Positions 59,613 to 64,000 of a stretch of 64,000 nucleotides of DNA are shown here, one piece after another. A program made the translations under genes and the position numbers. Source of the DNA: an uncultured Gemmatimonadales bacterium (GTDB lineage Bacteria > Gemmatimonadota > Gemmatimonadetes > Gemmatimonadales > GWC2-71-9); the NCBI GenBank assembly GCA_963697435.1, contig CAVOOB010000002.1:516601-580600 (forward strand), read 5' to 3'. Below the pieces are notes generated by a model. The model saw only the letters and a list, made by a program, of their open reading frames with translations. It was not told where the DNA came from and did not search any database. Every line of letters starts with the position of its first letter. Within the stretch, counting starts at the first letter, position 1.

Positions 59613-60161
59613 ATGACCGAACCTAGGCCGGAGCCAGCAGCGGAGCAAGCGCGCCGCAATCGATTCACGGTGGCGGACGTCTTCACCGTGATTCGCCTCC
59701 CGCTGGCCGTCGCCTTCCCCCTCGTGAGCGACACGTGGCGACTGGTGGTCCTGGCCGTGGCGGCCGCCTCCGATCTGCTGGACGGGTTCCTGGCGCGGCG
59801 CATCGGGAGTTCGCGGTTCGGTCCATTCATCGACCCGGTGGCCGACAAGCTCTTCATGGCGGTGGCGTTCGGCACCGTGCTCTTTTCCGGGCAGCTCACA
59901 TGGTGGGAACTCGTCGGTGTCCTGGCCCGGGACATCGCGGCCAGCGTCGCGTTCGTCGTGACCAGCGTCCGCGGCCGAGCCAGTGCCATTCCGGCTCGCG
60001 CAGGCGGCAAGGCGGTCACGGTTCTGCAGGTGGCCACCCTCTTTGCGTTCGTCCTCGGCTCTCCGTTGCTCCGTCCACTCGCGTGGGCGACGGCCGGCGT
60101 CGCCCTGTACGCCATCTGGGACTACACCCGGGCGGCACAGTCCTCTTCCCGTCCACTCTAG
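59613..60161 (+). CDS. CDP-alcohol phosphatidyltransferase family protein
   Basis: DLLDGFLARRIGSSRFGPFIDPVADK matches Dx2DGx2ARx8Gx3Dx3D. ATG at 59613 after GAGGGAGAGG. Confidence 0.85.
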   Translation: MTEPRPEPAAEQARRNRFTVADVFTVIRLPLAVAFPLVSDTWRLVVLAVAAASDLLDGFLARRIGSSRFGPFIDPVADKLFMAVAFGTVLFSGQLTWWELVGVLARDIAASVAFVVTSVRGRASAIPARAGGKAVTVLQVATLFAFVLGSPLLRPLAWATAGVALYAIWDYTRAAQSSSRPL

Positions 60162-60171
60162 GAATCGTACC

Positions 60172-60588
60172 ATGACCGCCCCACACGAAACGAAACAGGT
60201 GACCGTCCGCTGGCTCGATGAGCTCCGCTTCGAAGGTGGAGAGCCCGACGGCCCCCAGGTGGTGATTGACGCCGACAATGTCGACTCCCCCGGGCCGATG
60301 CTCCAGCTGCTCCTGGCTGCCGCGGCGTGCAGCGGCGCCGATGTGGTGTCAATCCTCAAGAAGATGCAGGTGGGGCTGGCATCCCTGGAGGTGGCGATGA
60401 CGGGAGAGCGCCGGACTGAGCATCCCAAGCGCTATACCGCGATTCACTATGCCTGGACCATCCGCGGCCGCGGGCTCGACGAGACCAAGGCGCGGCGAGC
60501 CATCGACCTGTCGATGGAGAAGTACTGCTCCGTTCTGCATTCGCTGGCTCCAGACATCACGACGAGCTATGACCTGTCGGTGGCCTAG
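60172..60588 (+). CDS. OsmC/Ohr-family peroxiredoxin-like protein
   Basis: 138 aa with the two conserved Cys contexts (LAAAAACSGADV; EKYCSVLHSL). Confidence 0.85.
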   Translation: MTAPHETKQVTVRWLDELRFEGGEPDGPQVVIDADNVDSPGPMLQLLLAAAACSGADVVSILKKMQVGLASLEVAMTGERRTEHPKRYTAIHYAWTIRGRGLDETKARRAIDLSMEKYCSVLHSLAPDITTSYDLSVA

Positions 60589-61057
60589 GAGCCTCCTCCT
60601 GTGGCCGCTCGCCCTCGGCCTCACCCCTGCCCCCCTCGCCGGCCAGGGCGGCTCGGTCCGGGAGGTGGGGGTGGAGACCGTGGTCACCGCCGCCGAGCCC
60701 TCGGTGTACACCGGCGGGGTGACGGCCTCCCTGCGTCCGGGCCTGCGGACGCGCATCGGAGTCTACGCCGGTGGCGGGGTGACCAGCGACGGCGACGGTG
60801 TGGGCCGGGCGGAGCTGCTGGGGCAGTTCCTGCTCAATCCCCGCAGTGCGCACCTCGGTGTGTATGCCGGCGGAGGACTGGCGGGGGTGTTCAGGAGCGG
60901 TGCGGACAACGGCTACCTGGTGCTGATGATCGGTGTCGAGAGTCGGCCCGGCGGTACGGGAGGGTGGTTCGTGGAAGCCGGGGTGGGTGGGGGGGCGAGG
61001 ATTGCCGCCGGATATCGGTGGCGAAAACTCCCGACGGGATGGCGGGTCGAGCGGTGA
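60569..61057 (+). CDS. Hypothetical Gly-rich secreted protein (small beta-barrel-like)
   Basis: Signal peptide (SLLLWPLALGLTPAPLAGQ). Repeated GVYAGGG(V/L) segments. Overlaps the osmC-like stop by 20 nt. Confidence 0.5.
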   Translation: MTCRWPRSLLLWPLALGLTPAPLAGQGGSVREVGVETVVTAAEPSVYTGGVTASLRPGLRTRIGVYAGGGVTSDGDGVGRAELLGQFLLNPRSAHLGVYAGGGLAGVFRSGADNGYLVLMIGVESRPGGTGGWFVEAGVGGGARIAAGYRWRKLPTGWRVER

Positions 61058-61097
61058 TGCAAGCGCGCCCCGGGAGCAGCTCCCGGGGCGGTGTGTC

Positions 61098-61370
61098 TTA
61101 CTCGGCGGTTCCGCTGCCGACGGTTTCGGTCTGGCGCTGCACCACTGGCTGACAGTACCGCTCGCCCAGCAGGCGAAGGTTGGCGCGATCCTCTTCGGCG
61201 AGGTCGGGATAGCGCTCGGTCAGGTACTGCATGGTGTCATCGAACCAGTCCTTCTGGTGTTCGAGCTCGGCTTCCATCACGCCGCACCGAAGGATGTGGC
61301 TGAAGAGTTCGTCGCGCGCCTGATCGAACGAGGCGGGCGGCGCCGACCGCTGTGTCTTTTTCTTGGTCAT
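61098..61370 (-). CDS. Hypothetical protein (90 aa, acidic helical)
   Basis: GC3 bias. Start trimmed to ATG at 61370 (MTKKKTQRS...). Confidence 0.45.
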   Translation of the reverse strand: MTKKKTQRSAPPASFDQARDELFSHILRCGVMEAELEHQKDWFDDTMQYLTERYPDLAEEDRANLRLLGERYCQPVVQRQTETVGSGTAE

Positions 61371-61574
61371 GCACCTTCCTCTGGGTGGATCTCGGCCCCG
61401 GCGTCCTATGCGTCGGGCGTGCGGAAACATAACAGGGGGCGGGGGGGATTCGCAAAGGTTTCCGGCCGAGCGGCGGCCCCGTAATCCATTACATTCCAGT
61501 CGGTTGATGGCGCCAGCCGGCCTGCCGGCTGGACAATTTGCGATGGCCTGCGACTCATTTGAGGACAATTCCCC

Positions 61575-62258
61575 ATGGCTGGCTCCAGCTCACTGAACCG
61601 CTTCTATCTCCTCCTGCTCGTGATCGCGATCGTTGGCGGCGGGCTCCTCTATTGGCAAGTGCGCCGCAACGTCCCGAGCATCTCGCCCGACGTCGTGGTG
61701 ACGGTCGCGGACACGGCCGGCTTCTCCGGGTACTATCTCGGCGACGCCGATGCGCCGGTGGTCATCACCGAGTACGCGGACTATCAGTGCGGATTCTGCC
61801 AGCAGTTCGACATGGTGCAGTTTCCTGACATCGTCAGGCAGCTGGTCGAGACCGGCACGGTCCGGTGGCGCTACCGGGACTTCCCGCTGAACATGCACCC
61901 CTTCGCCTGGATGGCGGCCCACTCCGCCGCCTGTGCCGACGACCAGGGTCGCTACTGGCAGCAGCATGCCGCCATCTACCAGGGGACGGACCGGTGGTCG
62001 CGCGAGTCGGAGCCGTCGGGCACCTTTCGCGACTACGCGAGAAACAACGGTCTCGACGTGAAGGCCTATGATGCGTGCATGATGTCCGCCAAGTTTGCGG
62101 GCCGCATCAAGGCGAGTTATGAGGAAGGCGCGAACGCCGGCGTGAATGGCACGCCGACCTTCTTCGTCAACGGCCGCCTGTACAGCGGCAACTCGACCTC
62201 CGACGCCTTCAAGCGGATCGTCGATTCCCTCACGTCGATGCCCGCAGCCACGCCATGA
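61575..62258 (+). CDS. DsbA-family thiol:disulfide oxidoreductase (membrane-anchored)
   Basis: N-terminal TM. Thioredoxin-fold active site CGFC. cis-Pro loop GTPTFFVNG. Confidence 0.85.
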   Translation: MAGSSSLNRFYLLLLVIAIVGGGLLYWQVRRNVPSISPDVVVTVADTAGFSGYYLGDADAPVVITEYADYQCGFCQQFDMVQFPDIVRQLVETGTVRWRYRDFPLNMHPFAWMAAHSAACADDQGRYWQQHAAIYQGTDRWSRESEPSGTFRDYARNNGLDVKAYDACMMSAKFAGRIKASYEEGANAGVNGTPTFFVNGRLYSGNSTSDAFKRIVDSLTSMPAATP

Positions 62259-62680
62259 AATTTCGGATGGGGGTGGCGGCCCTCAGCCTGACCGGGGTGC
62301 TGATTTCGGTATACCTCTGGATGTTCAAGCACGGCTACATCGGGGCGCTCGCCTGCGGGTCCGGGGAATGCGCCACCGTGCAACTCAGCGAGTACAGCAG
62401 CTTTCTCGGCGTGGATGTGGCGCTGCTGGGCGCGCTCGCCTATGCCGCCCTGCTGGGCCTGGCGATGCTCGGGCTCCAGCCGAATTGGCACGACCGGCGG
62501 GAACCGACCCGCGGGATGGCGCTGCTGTCGGCTGGCGGGGTGCTCTTCGCGGCGTATCTCACCTGGCTGGAGCTGTTCGTGATCCACGCCATCTGCCGGT
62601 GGTGTGTCGCGTCCGCCGTGATCATCGTGCTCATCTTGATCCTGGCGATGCTCGACCACCGGCGCCTGGCCCGCCGCTGA
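62255..62680 (+). CDS. Vitamin K epoxide reductase (VKOR) family protein
   Basis: 4 TM. Loop cysteines (ACGSGEC) and active-site CRWC in the last TM. ATGA overlap with dsbA. Confidence 0.85.
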   Translation: MKFRMGVAALSLTGVLISVYLWMFKHGYIGALACGSGECATVQLSEYSSFLGVDVALLGALAYAALLGLAMLGLQPNWHDRREPTRGMALLSAGGVLFAAYLTWLELFVIHAICRWCVASAVIIVLILILAMLDHRRLARR

Positions 62681-62681
62681 C

Positions 62682-64000
62682 ATGAGCGCTCACCAGGACG
62701 CCGGCCAGGGGCGCAAGGCAGGCACCGCCGCGCTTGCCTTGGGCGCGCTCGGGGTCGTGTACGGGGACATCGGCACCAGCCCGCTCTACGCCATGAAGGA
62801 GGCGTTCACCGGGCAGCACGGACTTCCATCCACCCCGGAAAACGTCTACGGCGTGCTCTCGCTGATCTTCTGGTCCCTCAATTTCGTCATCTCGTTCAAG
62901 TACATCGGCTTCGTGATGCGGGCCGACAACCGGGGCGAGGGAGGTATCATCGCCCTCCTTGCCCTGGTGCGCGGCCGCAACGTGAAGGGGCGCGGGCAGG
63001 CGATTCTCGTCGGGCTCGGCCTGCTCGGGGCGGCGCTCCTCTACGGCGAGGGAATCATCACGCCCGCCATCAGCGTCCTGGGCGCGGTCGAAGGCATCGC
63101 GGTGGCCTCGCCGGCCTTCGCGCATTTCGTGGTGCCGATCGCGCTGGTCATCCTGGTCGGGCTGTTCTGGTTCCAGCATCACGGTACCGACCGGATTGGC
63201 AAGGCGTTCGGGCCGATCATGGTGGTCTGGTTCCTTTCCATTGCCGTGCTCGGGGTGCGTGGAATCGCCATGCACCCTGAAGTCCTCCGCGCCGTGAATC
63301 CTTGGTACGCGGTGGAGTTCTTCATCAACGATCGGCTCGAGGGGTTCCTGATTCTGGGCGCGGTGGTGCTGGTCATCACCGGCGGCGAGGCGCTCTACGC
63401 CGACATGGGACATTTCGGCCGCAAACCGATCCGGCTGGCGTGGTTCCTCTTCGCCCTCCCGGCGCTGCTGCTGAATTATTTCGGCCAGGCGGCACTCTTG
63501 ATCGAGACGCCCGCGGTCGAGAACCCGTTCTTTGCCCTGGCCCCGGAGTGGTTCCTGTATCCGACCATCGCCATTGCCACCCTCGCGGCCATCGTGGCGT
63601 CGCAGGCGCTGATCTCCGGGGCGTTTTCGCTCACGCGGCAGGCGGTGCAGCTCGGCTACAGCCCCCGGATGACGATTGTGCACACCTCCAGGACCGAAGC
63701 GGGGCAGATCTATATCCCCGAGGTGAATAATGCCCTCGCCGTCGGGTGCATCTTGCTGGTCCTCGGCTTCCAGAGTGCCACGAACCTGGCGGCGGCCTAC
63801 GGCATCGCGGTCACGGGGACGATGGCCATCTCCACGCTGCTCTTCTTCCGGGTGGCGCGCGACCTCTGGCACTGGAAGCTGATCGCGGCCGCCACGCTCT
63901 GTGCCCTCTTCCTTCTGGTGGATCTCTCCTTCTTCGGCGCCAACATCATCAAATTCACCGACGGGGGCTGGTTCCCGATCGCGGTCGCCGCCGTGGTCTA
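62682..64000 (+). CDS. kup: KUP/HAK/KT potassium uptake protein (5' part; continues beyond the window)
   Basis: Absent from the ORF track because there is no stop in the window. My translation from ATG at 62682 reads MSAHQDAGQGRKAGTAALALGALGVVYGDIGTSPLYAMKEAF...RADNRGEGGIIALLAL, the hallmark Kup N-terminus. Confidence 0.9.
   Translation, partial: MSAHQDAGQGRKAGTAALALGALGVVYGDIGTSPLYAMKEAFTGQHGLPSTPENVYGVLSLIFWSLNFVISFKYIGFVMRADNRGEGGIIALLALVRGRNVKGRGQAILVGLGLLGAALLYGEGIITPAISVLGAVEGIAVASPAFAHFVVPIALVILVGLFWFQHHGTDRIGKAFGPIMVVWFLSIAVLGVRGIAMHPEVLRAVNPWYAVEFFINDRLEGFLILGAVVLVITGGEALYADMGHFGRKPIRLAWFLFALPALLLNYFGQAALLIETPAVENPFFALAPEWFLYPTIAIATLAAIVASQALISGAFSLTRQAVQLGYSPRMTIVHTSRTEAGQIYIPEVNNALAVGCILLVLGFQSATNLAAAYGIAVTGTMAISTLLFFRVARDLWHWKLIAAATLCALFLLVDLSFFGANIIKFTDGGWFPIAVAAVV

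Noticed and set aside
62631-63872. 413-aa minus-strand ORF
   Set aside because: It is antisense to kup. The kup N-terminus (GVVYGDIGTSPLY) is diagnostic on the plus strand, even though it is missing from the ORF track.

Overview
This is a gene-dense 64 kb chromosomal segment from a visibly GC-rich diderm bacterium. GC content was judged by eye, not computed. Strong GC3 codon bias separates real frames from the many long Arg/Gly/Pro-rich shadow ORFs. TolC, FadL-type and other outer-membrane proteins are present. The taxon cannot be fixed from sequence alone.

I support about 66 CDS, four GC-rich terminator hairpins (one weak), one AT-rich regulatory island and one intragenic tandem repeat. I found no rRNA, tRNA, CRISPR array, transposase, integrase or prophage signature.

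Most of the window is housekeeping:
- An ECF-sigma/anti-sigma/LTXXQ protein fused into a TolC-MacAB-type efflux operon.
- Cardiolipin synthase, PolX-Nth repair genes, MetH plus a YitJ-like Hcy-methyltransferase/MTHFR.
- Acyl-ACP desaturase, PruA, an M16 peptidase, a DsbA-VKOR pair and Kup.

The stand-out locus is 27.3-35.9 kb. A membrane-anchored 2x[4Fe-4S] flavoprotein is transcribed divergently, across a 394-nt spacer containing an AT-rich palindrome cluster, from a translationally coupled four-gene operon. That operon encodes:
1. A polytopic membrane protein with two H-x13-H pairs in predicted TM helices, which looks like a di-haem b carrier.
2. A secreted cytochrome c with 23 CXXCH motifs.
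3. A secreted cytochrome c with 21 CXXCH plus one CX4CH, containing four 228-bp tandem repeats.
4. A 681-aa protein with a Pro/Ala-rich linker and a beta-barrel-like C-terminal half ending in ...TWRF.

I interpret this as a candidate, apparently atypical, trans-envelope (porin-cytochrome-like) electron conduit. That functional reading is inference.

A second notable item is an ECF-type transporter. Its two ATPases carry complementary degenerate motifs, predicting one dead and one consensus ATP site. It is translationally coupled to a HEAT-repeat protein.
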